DNA of 63,981 nt, the filler included. It is 4 parts of 4 records of this genome, joined end to end, with 100 filler letters (N's around TTAATTAATTAA, not from the genome) between each part and the next. Parts side by side here need not be neighbours in the genome. Positions count along the whole stretch, not along the records: positions 48,735 to 55,467 come from SRR20825019_2879; positions 55,568 to 63,981 come from SRR20825019_2892; 2 more parts are not named here. One strand, 5' to 3'. Below the pieces are notes generated by a model, which searched no databases, was not told the DNA's origin, and worked only from the letters and a program-made list of their open reading frames with translations. The first letter of the stretch is position 1; each line of letters starts with the position of its first letter. The position numbers were made by a program, and so were the translations under genes. Of the stretch, positions 50,832 to 60,503 are shown in pieces.

Positions 50832-52283
50832 ATGGGAGTTTTAGGGATGTCGGTATTTAAAGCTTTGGCCCCCCGTTTCGCAAAGCGGACAAGACATTTG
50901 CAGCTTGCAGTCCTTTCAGGGGCAGCACTTCTGGCCAGCGTTACCATGGCACAGGCCGAACGCAGCGGTGAAATGGCCGGGGTTTCTGCTGCGGTCAGGG
51001 GCGAGGTGATGCTGGCGCAGTCGGTTGGCGAGGTTGGCGTGCTGGTTGAAAGCGGCATGCCGGTTTACCTTGGCGACCGCATCACGACATCGGCCAATTC
51101 AGGCATGCAGATCCTGTTGCTGGATGAAACGGTGTTTACCATCGGCCCGAACAGCGACCTTGCGATTGATGAATTCGTTTATGACCCGGTGACCGGCGAT
51201 GGCAGGATCGTTGCCGATATGGCGCGCGGCGTCGTGCGGTTTGTCACCGGTAAAATCCCGCTTAAAAATCCATCGAGCATGGATGTCAATCTGCCGGTCG
51301 GATCGATTGGCATTCGCGGCACCATCGGCCTGATCCGGTCGGTTTCAGCCGATGAAGCCAACCAGATCGTGCCGGGCAGTTTTGATTTTTCAAGCGATGG
51401 AAACAATAGCGGCACAGGCCCGCAGATTTTCATGGCGGTCAATCAGGGGCCGGGCCTTTCGCGCAATGACACCACATCGCGCCCCGGTGCCTTTGCCGTG
51501 TTCGACCAGAACGGCAATAGTGAAAACGTGACCGGCGAGAATTTCGGCGTGTTTGTTGCCAACAACAAGGTCACCGAACCGATCCGCTTCCCGGAAAGCC
51601 TTGCAACATTCGACTTTTCGCGCGCATTGGTCCGCACCGCATCGAACAGCCAGAACGAGGGCGGTAGCACAGCATCCTCCGCGTCTGCATCGGGTGGCAA
51701 CAGCCTGACGACACAACAGACCCGTCAGGCAACGACGCAAACCGGATCAACCATGGCCTCGACACTTGACGTCGCCATGGCACAGGTATCGAGCACGAAT
51801 GCCGGGGGTAGCGTCACGGATGCCGCTACGGCCTTGAACCAGATTGAAAAAACCACGCAGAATAATGGTGGGGGTAGCGGTGGAGATGGCGGCAGCAGCG
51901 AATTCACATTTGATGGCATGCGCCAGATCTCGTCCGGTAGTTATAGCGCAACCCAGAACGTAAGCTCTGGCTCTTTGAGCTACACCTACACCGCTCAAGT
52001 AGACTTCGGATCTCGCACGATCAAAATTGATTTTGATAATGTCGACGACGGAAGTGCAGCATTCGCGACTTTCAAAGGGGCGGCCACAACCGGGACATAC
52101 GATTTCACGTCCAGCAATGGTGCAGCGAGTTTTGGTAGCTCAAATTTCATTTATGACGGCGAGTGCACCGCAGGTGGCTGTAGTGCGTCCACCGACTTTA
52201 GCGATGCTACCAATGTTGATTTTAATTTGACGACAACGGCAAATTCCTCCGGCGCAGGCGGATCAGCAACTCTTACCCCGTAA
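50832..52283 (+). CDS. exported FecR-domain protein with Ser/Thr-rich linker and beta-rich C-terminal domain
   Basis: Signal peptide ending AQA; GDRITT...LLDETVFTIGPNSDLAIDEFVYDP...GSIGIRGT; C-terminal AQVDFGSRTI. Confidence 0.8.
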   Translation: MGVLGMSVFKALAPRFAKRTRHLQLAVLSGAALLASVTMAQAERSGEMAGVSAAVRGEVMLAQSVGEVGVLVESGMPVYLGDRITTSANSGMQILLLDETVFTIGPNSDLAIDEFVYDPVTGDGRIVADMARGVVRFVTGKIPLKNPSSMDVNLPVGSIGIRGTIGLIRSVSADEANQIVPGSFDFSSDGNNSGTGPQIFMAVNQGPGLSRNDTTSRPGAFAVFDQNGNSENVTGENFGVFVANNKVTEPIRFPESLATFDFSRALVRTASNSQNEGGSTASSASASGGNSLTTQQTRQATTQTGSTMASTLDVAMAQVSSTNAGGSVTDAATALNQIEKTTQNNGGGSGGDGGSSEFTFDGMRQISSGSYSATQNVSSGSLSYTYTAQVDFGSRTIKIDFDNVDDGSAAFATFKGAATTGTYDFTSSNGAASFGSSNFIYDGECTAGGCSASTDFSDATNVDFNLTTTANSSGAGGSATLTP

Positions 52284-52305
52284 CCCCTTTTATCAGACAT
52301 GTTAA

Positions 52306-54621
52306 GTGAGTGATCAACCAAACACACCCGGTCGCCTTTCACGCGCACGCGTGACCCTGTGGCTGCATTATCTGGTGCCGCTGGCCGTGCTTCTGGTTTG
52401 TGTGGTTCTGCGCTGGCAGGATGTGCCGCTGGTCGGGCAGTTGCGGATGTCGGTGTTTGACACCTATCAGCGGATCGCGCCGCGTGCGTTCGAGGATGTC
52501 GGTGTCAGGATCATCGATATTGACGAGCGCAGCCTTGATGAAATGGGGCAATGGCCGTGGCCGCGCACGAGGCTTGCGGAACTGATTTACCGGTTGCGGC
52601 TGGCAGGGGCACAGGTTGTCGGTTTCGATATCGTATTTGCCGAACCGGACCGCACATCGCCCCAGCGGGTCGTGCATGACTGGCCCAAAAATGATAACAG
52701 CGACGCCCTGGCAAAACTTGCCGAAACCCTGCCCGATCATGATTTGCTGTTTGCCGAGTTTATCAATGGTGTCGGGCAGGTGGTTACCGCCGCCCAACTG
52801 ACATCACAACCGTTCAGCACCCTGCCCCGGCAGGTCGGCAATTTCAGCGTTGGCGGCGAAGCCGGTCGGCATCTGGTGGATTTCATCCCGGTTCTTTCGG
52901 GGGCGACCGCGAACCTTTCGGTGATTGAGGAAGCCGCCGCCGGCAATGCGATCATTAATGTATCGCCCGAGCAGGACGGGGTTGTGCGCCGGGTTCCACT
53001 GATGCTAGCGCTTGATCACGAGGAAACGCTGATCGGCAAGCCGGTTTACCCGACGCTTTCGATGGAAGTTTTCCGTATTCTTCAGGATGCCCCGCGCACC
53101 ATGAATGTACGGCTATCAGGTGCCAGTGGTGCAACGCGATGGACCACCGCCGAAGGCGTTGAAGCCATCCGGGTTGGCGAGGTCACCATCCCCACCGATC
53201 AATCGGGCCATATGTGGGTCCATTTCGCCGGGCACCGCGCCGAACGATATATTTCGGCGGTCGACGTGATCAAAGGTAACCTTCCCGAACGGGCCCTTGA
53301 AAACACGGTTGTTCTGATTGGCACCAGTGCGGCGGGGTTGCTTGATTTGCGGTCCACGCCGCTTGATCCGGTTCTGCCCGGTGTTGAAATCCATGCCGAG
53401 ATGTTAGAACAGATGCTTCTGGGGCAGTTCCTGACGCGGCCATATTGGGTTGCGGAGATCGAGACGCTTGTATTGTTGCTGGTGGGCCTGTTTTTCGTTC
53501 TGGCGATCCCGAAGCTTGGTGCGGTCTGGCCGGCAATCATTGGTGGCACCATGACCGTGGCAGCAGGCGGGTTTTCATGGTGGGCCTATAGCAGCCAGCA
53601 AATCCTGATCGATCCGGTATACGGCGCGGTGTCGCTGGTGGCGGTTTATCTGATTGCCAGTTCAATCGGCTTCATGCGCACCGAAGGCGAACGCAAACAG
53701 GTGCGCGCGGCCTTTGCCAACTATCTGTCACCGGCACTGGTTGAACAGCTTGCCCGCCACCCGGAACGTTTGAAACTGGGCGGGGAAACCCGCGACATGA
53801 CATTGCTGTTTTGCGATGTGCGCGGGTTTACGTCGATCTCGGAAGGGTTCAAATCCAACCCGCAGGGATTGACCCGCCTGATCAACCGGTTGCTCACCCC
53901 GCTTAGCAAGGCGATTCTGGACCGTGAAGGCACCATCGACAAATATATGGGCGACTGCATCATGGCGTTCTGGAACGCGCCGCTTGATGTGCCGGCGCAT
54001 GCGCGCCGGGCCTGCGAAAGTGCGCTTGCGATGTTTGATGCACTTGAACACCTTAATGCGCGCCGTGCAGAAGAAGCGACCGAGGAAGGCCAAGACTATC
54101 TGCCACTGAATATCGGGATCGGGATCAATAGCGGCAATTGCCTTGTCGGCAATATGGGATCCGATCAGCGGTTTGATTATTCGGTGCTGGGCGATGCGGT
54201 CAATCTGGCTTCAAGGCTTGAGGGGCAGTCAAAAAATTACGGTGTCGGCATTGTCATTGGCGAGGAAACGGCAAGGCAGGCGGCGGATGATTTCGCCATC
54301 CTTGAGCTTGATCTGATTGCCGTGAAGGGCAAAAGCGAGGCGGTGCGCATCTTTACCCTGCTGGGCGACAGTACAATTGCCCATAGCGCGGAATTTACCG
54401 ACCTGCGTGACCGCCATATGCAGATGATCCAGAGCTATCGATTGCAGGATTGGGATGGTACGGAACGACTGATTGAGGAATGCATCAATCTTGCGACCGA
54501 TATGATCGGGCAATTTGACCTTGCGGGGCTTTACGGGCTTTATCGTGATCGCATTGCGACATTCCGTGCAAGCCCGCCACCTTCGGACTGGGACGGTGTT
54601 TTTGTCGCGACCAGCAAGTAA
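52306..54621 (+). CDS. CHASE2-domain adenylate cyclase (class III)
   Basis: IDIDERSL..GQWPWPR, GFDIVFAEPD, PGVEIHA and 3 TM helices; LFCDVRGFT, DKYMGDCIMAFW and DYSVLGDAVNLASRLEG. Confidence 0.93.
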   Translation: MSDQPNTPGRLSRARVTLWLHYLVPLAVLLVCVVLRWQDVPLVGQLRMSVFDTYQRIAPRAFEDVGVRIIDIDERSLDEMGQWPWPRTRLAELIYRLRLAGAQVVGFDIVFAEPDRTSPQRVVHDWPKNDNSDALAKLAETLPDHDLLFAEFINGVGQVVTAAQLTSQPFSTLPRQVGNFSVGGEAGRHLVDFIPVLSGATANLSVIEEAAAGNAIINVSPEQDGVVRRVPLMLALDHEETLIGKPVYPTLSMEVFRILQDAPRTMNVRLSGASGATRWTTAEGVEAIRVGEVTIPTDQSGHMWVHFAGHRAERYISAVDVIKGNLPERALENTVVLIGTSAAGLLDLRSTPLDPVLPGVEIHAEMLEQMLLGQFLTRPYWVAEIETLVLLLVGLFFVLAIPKLGAVWPAIIGGTMTVAAGGFSWWAYSSQQILIDPVYGAVSLVAVYLIASSIGFMRTEGERKQVRAAFANYLSPALVEQLARHPERLKLGGETRDMTLLFCDVRGFTSISEGFKSNPQGLTRLINRLLTPLSKAILDREGTIDKYMGDCIMAFWNAPLDVPAHARRACESALAMFDALEHLNARRAEEATEEGQDYLPLNIGIGINSGNCLVGNMGSDQRFDYSVLGDAVNLASRLEGQSKNYGVGIVIGEETARQAADDFAILELDLIAVKGKSEAVRIFTLLGDSTIAHSAEFTDLRDRHMQMIQSYRLQDWDGTERLIEECINLATDMIGQFDLAGLYGLYRDRIATFRASPPPSDWDGVFVATSK

Positions 54622-54711
54622 TCCGTTCCCTTGCATTTCAAATGCGATCAACCGAAGCTGAGTATCCCGTCACCTAAAGCCCCTGCCCCACCTTAAAGAA
54701 CCGAGGCCCCG

Positions 54712-55467
54712 ATGAATTTTTCGTCTGATAATGTGTCGCCGATCTGCCCGGAAATCCTTGCCGCGATTGGCGAGGCCAGTGATCCCGCCCTGCCCTATGG
54801 TGCGGATGCGGCAAGCCAGCAGCTTGATCATGCGTTTTCGGACCTGTTTGGCAAGGAGGTCGCGGTGGTGCCAGTCGCCACCGGGACGGCGGCCAATCTG
54901 GTCGGGTTGTCGGCACTGGTATCGCCGTTTGGCGGGGTGGCCTGCCATCATCAGGCACATATCAACCGGACGGAATCGACCGGGGTGGCATTTTATGGCA
55001 ACGGGGCGAAGCTTCTGACCATGGAGGGGCCATCGGCGAAGCTGGAACCCGAGACACTTGATGCGTTTTTAACCCGCGAAAACACCCATGGCATACATTC
55101 GGTTGACCCGGAATGTGTTGCCATCACGCAGGCGACCGAATTCGGCACGATCTATGACGTTGATGAAGTTCAGGCGATTGGCAGGGTTGCCAGGGCGCAT
55201 GGCATGAAGTTTTTCATGGATGGGGCGCGATTTGCCAATGCCATTGCCGCCCTTGGCTGCCATCCGGCGGATATTACCTGGAAGGCGGGGCTTGATGTTT
55301 TAAGCTTTGGGGCAACCAAGAACGGGGCGATGGCGGTGGATGCGATCATCCTGTTTGACCCGTCATTGCGCGCAAGGGTCGAAAAGGCGCGCAAACGGGG
55401 CGGGCATCTGTTTTCCAAGCATCGCTATCTGGCTGCACAGCTTCTGGCCTATGTGAAGGATGATCTG
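54712..55467 (+). CDS. low-specificity L-threonine aldolase (3'-truncated)
   Basis: NFSSDN, TGTAAN, MDGARFANA and SFGATKNG. Confidence 0.88.
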
Positions 55468-55567
55468 NNNNNNNNNNNNNNNNNNNNNNNNNNNNNNNNN
55501 NNNNNNNNNNNTTAATTAATTAANNNNNNNNNNNNNNNNNNNNNNNNNNNNNNNNNNNNNNNNNNNN
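55468..55567. other. artificial contig spacer
   Basis: N44-TTAATTAATTAA-N44. Confidence 0.99.
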
Positions 55568-56158
55568 TTTGATCACGATTGTCGTGAAGGAATTTGCGGT
55601 AGTTGCTCTTTACAAATTAATGGTGAACCTCACGGTCCAGACCGATTAGTTACGACCTGTCAATTACACATGAGAATGTTTAATGATGGTGATACAATTA
55701 CTATCGAGCCATTTAGAGCAAAGGCATTTCCTGTAATTAAAGATTTAGTAGTAGATCGCACATCTTTTGATCGTATACAGCAAGCAGGTGGTTACGTTTC
55801 TGTAAATACATCTGGTAACACTCAAGATGCAAATGCTATTCCTATTGAAAAGCAAAATGCAGATGATGCATTCTATGCAGCTACTTGTATTGGTTGTGGT
55901 GCCTGTGTAGCAGCTTGTAAAAATGCAAGTGCTATGTTGTTTACATCTGCTAAAGTAAGCCAGTTTGCATTGTTACCTCAAGGTCAAGTTGAAGCTACTC
56001 GCAGAGTTTTAAATATGGTAGAGCAAATGGACAAGGAAGGATTTGGTAACTGTACAAATACTGGAGCTTGCGAAATAGAATGCCCAAAAGGAATTTCTTT
56101 AGAAAACATTGCACGTATGAACCGCGAATATCTTACTGCAAGTGTAAAAGAATCTTAA
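55568..56158 (+). CDS. sdhB: succinate dehydrogenase/fumarate reductase iron-sulfur subunit (5'-truncated)
   Basis: [13 protein letters not shown] upstream in frame; [11 protein letters not shown] and [12 protein letters not shown]. Confidence 0.92.
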   Translation, partial: FDHDCREGICGSCSLQINGEPHGPDRLVTTCQLHMRMFNDGDTITIEPFRAKAFPVIKDLVVDRTSFDRIQQAGGYVSVNTSGNTQDANAIPIEKQNADDAFYAATCIGCGACVAACKNASAMLFTSAKVSQFALLPQGQVEATRRVLNMVEQMDKEGFGNCTNTGACEIECPKGISLENIARMNREYLTASVKES

Positions 56159-56178
56159 AAACACATTTTACAATATTT

Positions 56179-56213
56179 AAAACCTCCTACAATTAAGTTG
56201 TAGGAGGTTTTTT
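56179..56213 (+). terminator. intrinsic terminator
   Basis: AAAACCTCCTACAA-ttaag-TTGTAGGAGGTTTT plus T tail. Confidence 0.9.
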
Positions 56214-56279
56214 GTTTTATAATAACTTAACTGTAATAGCTAAAATCTTTGTTATCTTTCTAGAAGAAAATCTTCAGTA

Positions 56280-57416
56280 GTGATTAATAAACGTCTTCTT
56301 ATAAAGCACCTACTTGCTCACAATGATGAGAACAGCTTTTATGATAAAAAACGTAAGATTAGCTTAGGTAGCAAAGAAGGAAAAGCCAAATTTCTTAAAC
56401 ATATTTGTGCACTTTCAAATAGCAACCCAGAAAACAACAGCTATATAGTTATTGGCGTAGAAGATGAAGATAACAGTATTTCAGGTGTCGATTTCTATGA
56501 CGATGCAAAAATTCAAAATTTAGTAAACGCGTATTTAAGTAATGCTCCAATTGTAGCATATGAAAACATACCTTTTCCACATTTGCCAGATGACAAGGTT
56601 GTAGGATTAGTAACGATTAGGCCCAATAAAGGAAAAATTTGTTCGCTTAGAAAAAACATATGGAAATATTATGGAGGCTCTGTATTTTTTAGAGACGGCA
56701 GCATATCTATGCCAAAGGTTTATGATTTAAAGATTGAAGACAAAAATTCAGAAATAGTAAAAGCAATTGAGGATCACGCTCAAAACAATGTAGAACTAAC
56801 CTTAGATGGTGTTTTTGATTTTTTGAATAAGCGTAAAGATTTTAATCCCAAATACAAAGTATTTAAGGAGTACTTTGTTGTGTGTTGGGCTGGAAAGAAA
56901 AAAACAGTGAAAGAAAATGTTTACTATTCCAGAGTAGATATTGCTTTAATAAATGAACAAGTAAAACTTTTTTATTCTGAATTAGATGAAGTAAGTTTTA
57001 GCATTACAGAAGATGAATTTCAAATTATTGAATATGTATATTTAGGACTACAACATCAAAAAAAATATTACCCACTTGAAGAGGTTTCTATAAAGTTTAA
57101 AGATAATGTGAGTTATGACATAGAAACCAAATTGCTATTTAAGCCGCCACAATATGATAAGAAAACCTTGTTTCATATTTATAATTCTGCCAATACATTG
57201 TTGGAGAAGTTAAAAAACAAAGCACCACTTACTACAGCAGAAAAATTAGATGTTTTTCAATTACCGCAAACCTATCTCATTTGTTATTTTAATGAATTTG
57301 AAGATGCCTTGATAAAACTAGAGTCTGCTAAGTATCATTTAAAATCCTATGATACAGATGCATATTCTAACTTTAAAGACAGCGTTAGGATTTTAAGAAA
57401 GGTAAAATACAATTAG
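56280..57416 (+). CDS. Schlafen/AlbA_2-domain protein
   Basis: ENSFYDKK, KHICALSNS and YIVIGVED N-terminal motifs; uncharacterised C-terminal domain. Confidence 0.78.
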   Translation: MINKRLLIKHLLAHNDENSFYDKKRKISLGSKEGKAKFLKHICALSNSNPENNSYIVIGVEDEDNSISGVDFYDDAKIQNLVNAYLSNAPIVAYENIPFPHLPDDKVVGLVTIRPNKGKICSLRKNIWKYYGGSVFFRDGSISMPKVYDLKIEDKNSEIVKAIEDHAQNNVELTLDGVFDFLNKRKDFNPKYKVFKEYFVVCWAGKKKTVKENVYYSRVDIALINEQVKLFYSELDEVSFSITEDEFQIIEYVYLGLQHQKKYYPLEEVSIKFKDNVSYDIETKLLFKPPQYDKKTLFHIYNSANTLLEKLKNKAPLTTAEKLDVFQLPQTYLICYFNEFEDALIKLESAKYHLKSYDTDAYSNFKDSVRILRKVKYN

Positions 57417-57429
57417 TGTCACGTACATA

Positions 57430-57462
57430 AAAACCCATTTAAAACGTGTTTAAATGGGTTTT
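57430..57462. terminator. bidirectional intrinsic terminator
   Basis: AAAACCCATTTAAA-acgtg-TTTAAATGGGTTTT between convergent genes. Confidence 0.88.
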
Positions 57463-57484
57463 GAATGTAATAACTAATTAAATC

Positions 57485-59707
57485 TTAAAATGTAACAGTA
57501 ACCTTTCCTCTTAAGAAAAATGGAGTTCCTGGTGTAAAGTGAATCTCCTCTACTGGTTCTACTTCATTTTGCAATCTACTTTCTGTAGCAAATTGAGTTT
57601 CATTCCATTCTGTATCAAGTAAATTTTCAATAGCGATACCAAATGTATAATTCTTATAGGTGTAGTTAATATTTGCATCTGTAACAAAATAACCTTCAGC
57701 TACAATACTGTCATCTTCATTTGCAGCTCTATCATCTAAATATCTATAATTTAGTCCACCTGAAAAGCCATTAAGGTTTTGGATTGTAATTCCTCCTGTA
57801 GAAGTAAAATCTGGCGCTAAGGGTATATAATCCTGTCCTTCTGGCTCATTTATAGAACGTGCGTAGGTATAATTAATATCTGAGTACAAATACAACCAAG
57901 AAAGTGGCTCATATCGTAATCCAGCATCAATTCCTAAACGTCTAGTTTTTCCGCTTGGCTCAACTATTGCCGCATCTCCTACATAAACAAATTCTTGCTC
58001 AAGAAACAGGTACCACAACGCTGTATTAAATACTAAGTTGTCTGTAATTTTAAATATACCTCCTAAATCTGCACCGTATGCTAATGGTAATATATCCTCA
58101 CCGTTATTTGCAGTTACTACTCTTGTATCATTAGAGTGAAACCCTATACCTGTTTTAGCAAAAAGCTGTACCGTATTAGTAGGTGTATAAATAAGATTAA
58201 GTTTAGGGCTCGCGGTTAGTTTAGTTTCTGATGCATTGTCATAAGTTTCAGTTAAGTTATTTACGTAATCAAACTTAAAGTAATCTAATCGTAAACCTGG
58301 ATTAAGCTTAAAGTCTCCAAACTCAAATTCTGTATTTAAAAAACCGTAAATATTTGTTTCGTCTACATCTCCAAATGCTAAACGCTCCAACAATTCTTTT
58401 CTGTTTTTAGTTCTACTTAACTGTACATCATCTGCATTATCATAACGTAAACCAAATCCTGCTTGATATTCAAAGTTAGTGGCGGTATCATAAAACTTAT
58501 CGCTTAACACAGTTTTAAAACCATATAAATTACGGTCTTCAAATTGGCGAATCTGATCTCCATTTTCGGGATCTTCTAAAAAGAACGTAAAGTTGGAGAA
58601 CAACTCAAAATCGTATTTACTATAAAACGCATTGGTACTTAATGTCTTTGTATCTGTTAAATATTTAGTGTGTTCAATATTAATATTAGTACGGCTAGTT
58701 TGGCCACCTTCTGTGTCATCAATAGCTCCAAATCGACCAATTAGACCTTGGTCAACTGCGCGCTGTGGAATTTGCCCTGAAGCATCCCACTTACTAGTAA
58801 AATGAGACATTGTTAATGTTAATTCTTGATCTTGAGGCAACCTGTAGTTGTACTTGGCCATTACATTATACCTATTAAAGTTTTGAGAAGACTCAAAAGG
58901 ACCATCGGTTAAGTTTAATGAACCTGCTACATAAGCACTATGATTATCATCATCTAATACATTAAATACTCCTACTGTTCTTAAAGTTTCAAATTGACCA
59001 TACTCTAAAGACACACTACTTTCTTCAATACGTTTTTTGGTTTTAAAGTTTAAATAACCTGCTGTATTAAAGTTACCAACACTTGCAGTATATGGCCCTT
59101 TCCCAAAATTGATGTTATCTACAGTTTCTGGGATAAGAAAGTGTAAATCTGCATAACCTTGCCCATGTGCATGAGATACCATATTCACAGGCATACCGTC
59201 TACACCTATAGCTACATCTGTACCGTGATCTACATCAAAACCACGTAAGAAAATTTGCTCTGCCTTACCACCACCAGCGTGTTGACCAATAATAACACCT
59301 GGCACTTTTCTCATTAATTCCTGTGAGGACTTTACAGGATTAGTTTTAATATCTACATCTACATATTTGTTAAGTGTATTAACTTCTGGTGTAATTTGTA
59401 CTTGTGTTAATGAAATATTGGCTTGTTCTAATGATATGGTTATGATTCTATTTAAATCTTTTTCTGTTATGGTTAATGTGTAGTTTTTAAATCCTATATA
59501 GGATAGCATAATAATATCGCCAACCTCTACATCTTCTAATTTAAAATTACCATTATGGTCTGTATAAACAGCAGTGCTTGTTCTTTGGTTAAACACATAA
59601 ACATCTTCTAAACGTTCATTGTCTTGGTTTACTACAGTACCGTTTAAATCGTGTGCAAATAGTGATGCTGACACACACAGCATAAAAGTGAAGAAAAGTG
59701 TCTTCAT
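57485..59707 (-). CDS. TonB-dependent receptor
   Basis: Signal peptide MKTLFF..LFA, CarboxypepD-like N-domain, plug (QHAGGGKAEQIFLRGF, HAHGQGYADLHF, KGPY), ENLLD and terminal Phe. Confidence 0.92.
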   Translation of the reverse strand: MKTLFFTFMLCVSASLFAHDLNGTVVNQDNERLEDVYVFNQRTSTAVYTDHNGNFKLEDVEVGDIIMLSYIGFKNYTLTITEKDLNRIITISLEQANISLTQVQITPEVNTLNKYVDVDIKTNPVKSSQELMRKVPGVIIGQHAGGGKAEQIFLRGFDVDHGTDVAIGVDGMPVNMVSHAHGQGYADLHFLIPETVDNINFGKGPYTASVGNFNTAGYLNFKTKKRIEESSVSLEYGQFETLRTVGVFNVLDDDNHSAYVAGSLNLTDGPFESSQNFNRYNVMAKYNYRLPQDQELTLTMSHFTSKWDASGQIPQRAVDQGLIGRFGAIDDTEGGQTSRTNINIEHTKYLTDTKTLSTNAFYSKYDFELFSNFTFFLEDPENGDQIRQFEDRNLYGFKTVLSDKFYDTATNFEYQAGFGLRYDNADDVQLSRTKNRKELLERLAFGDVDETNIYGFLNTEFEFGDFKLNPGLRLDYFKFDYVNNLTETYDNASETKLTASPKLNLIYTPTNTVQLFAKTGIGFHSNDTRVVTANNGEDILPLAYGADLGGIFKITDNLVFNTALWYLFLEQEFVYVGDAAIVEPSGKTRRLGIDAGLRYEPLSWLYLYSDINYTYARSINEPEGQDYIPLAPDFTSTGGITIQNLNGFSGGLNYRYLDDRAANEDDSIVAEGYFVTDANINYTYKNYTFGIAIENLLDTEWNETQFATESRLQNEVEPVEEIHFTPGTPFFLRGKVTVTF

Positions 59708-59914
59708 AGTTAAATTATATTTTCTAAAGCTTAAGCCAAACAGGCCTGAGCAATACATTAAATGAAAAAAAATAAGGACGTGTTTGGACAATTGAAGTAT
59801 CACAGAATTATTGCAATACACAGTACAATCACTAGTATTAAGACACTAGTGCCATGTTTAGAAAAAACGTATTTTAATACGCTTGTATTCTTTAACATTA
59901 TGCCCAAAAATTAA

Positions 59915-60370
59915 CTATGAAAGGTGTTCTGGTGGCGGAGAGTCTAAACCTCTATCTGAAGTTTTCAATATTAGTAGGTAACTAAATTTATGATCTTGAA
60001 ATAACGTTGGCTTTAAAAATATAGGTGTTTCAATATCTACAACTCGCTTATCTACTTTAACATCTGAGTCTTTTAAATTTTGATCTGGAGTAGTGTCACT
60101 ATCAAAAAGTGCATTAAAAAACGACAAAACTTTATGTTGATGGGTGTTATGACTGTGATTGTGCGCCATAACACGTCTTCCCATTTTGGAGTTTGCTATG
60201 TGTTGGTGTTGGTGCTGCTGCGCCTCAACCTTTGTAATAGCGTGAGAAATGTCGTGAATACTGTTTTTTAAGGTTTGATGCAGTGGCGTAAGTAAATAAC
60301 ACACTGCTAATATTAAGACGAAAAATCGTCCTAAATATGATAGGTTAGCTTTGTGTACATTTTTACTCAT
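59915..60370 (-). CDS. His-rich membrane-anchored small protein ending in PPP (putative regulatory leader)
   Basis: N-terminal hydrophobic helix, HQHQH, HNHSHNTHQH and C-terminal DSPPPEHLS; directly upstream of the receptor. Confidence 0.65.
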   Translation of the reverse strand: MSKNVHKANLSYLGRFFVLILAVCYLLTPLHQTLKNSIHDISHAITKVEAQQHQHQHIANSKMGRRVMAHNHSHNTHQHKVLSFFNALFDSDTTPDQNLKDSDVKVDKRVVDIETPIFLKPTLFQDHKFSYLLILKTSDRGLDSPPPEHLS

Positions 60371-60489
60371 CTTAAGTATTAACGATAAAATTAGGTGTAG
60401 AGATTTTTAAAATAGGGGTACTCCTATACATTTAGTAAAAGTTTAACGTCCTCAAGTAGCACCCATTTTACTACAGCCTTTAAATATTT

Positions 60490-60497
60490 TACCTTTG
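60490..60497 (+). promoter_or_regulatory. Bacteroidota -7 promoter element TAnnTTTG
   Basis: TACCTTTG 6 nt before the uvrC ATG. A second match, TACTTTTG on the - strand (about 63694-63701), precedes the DUF3050 gene. Confidence 0.6.
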
Positions 60498-60503
60498 AAA
60501 GTA

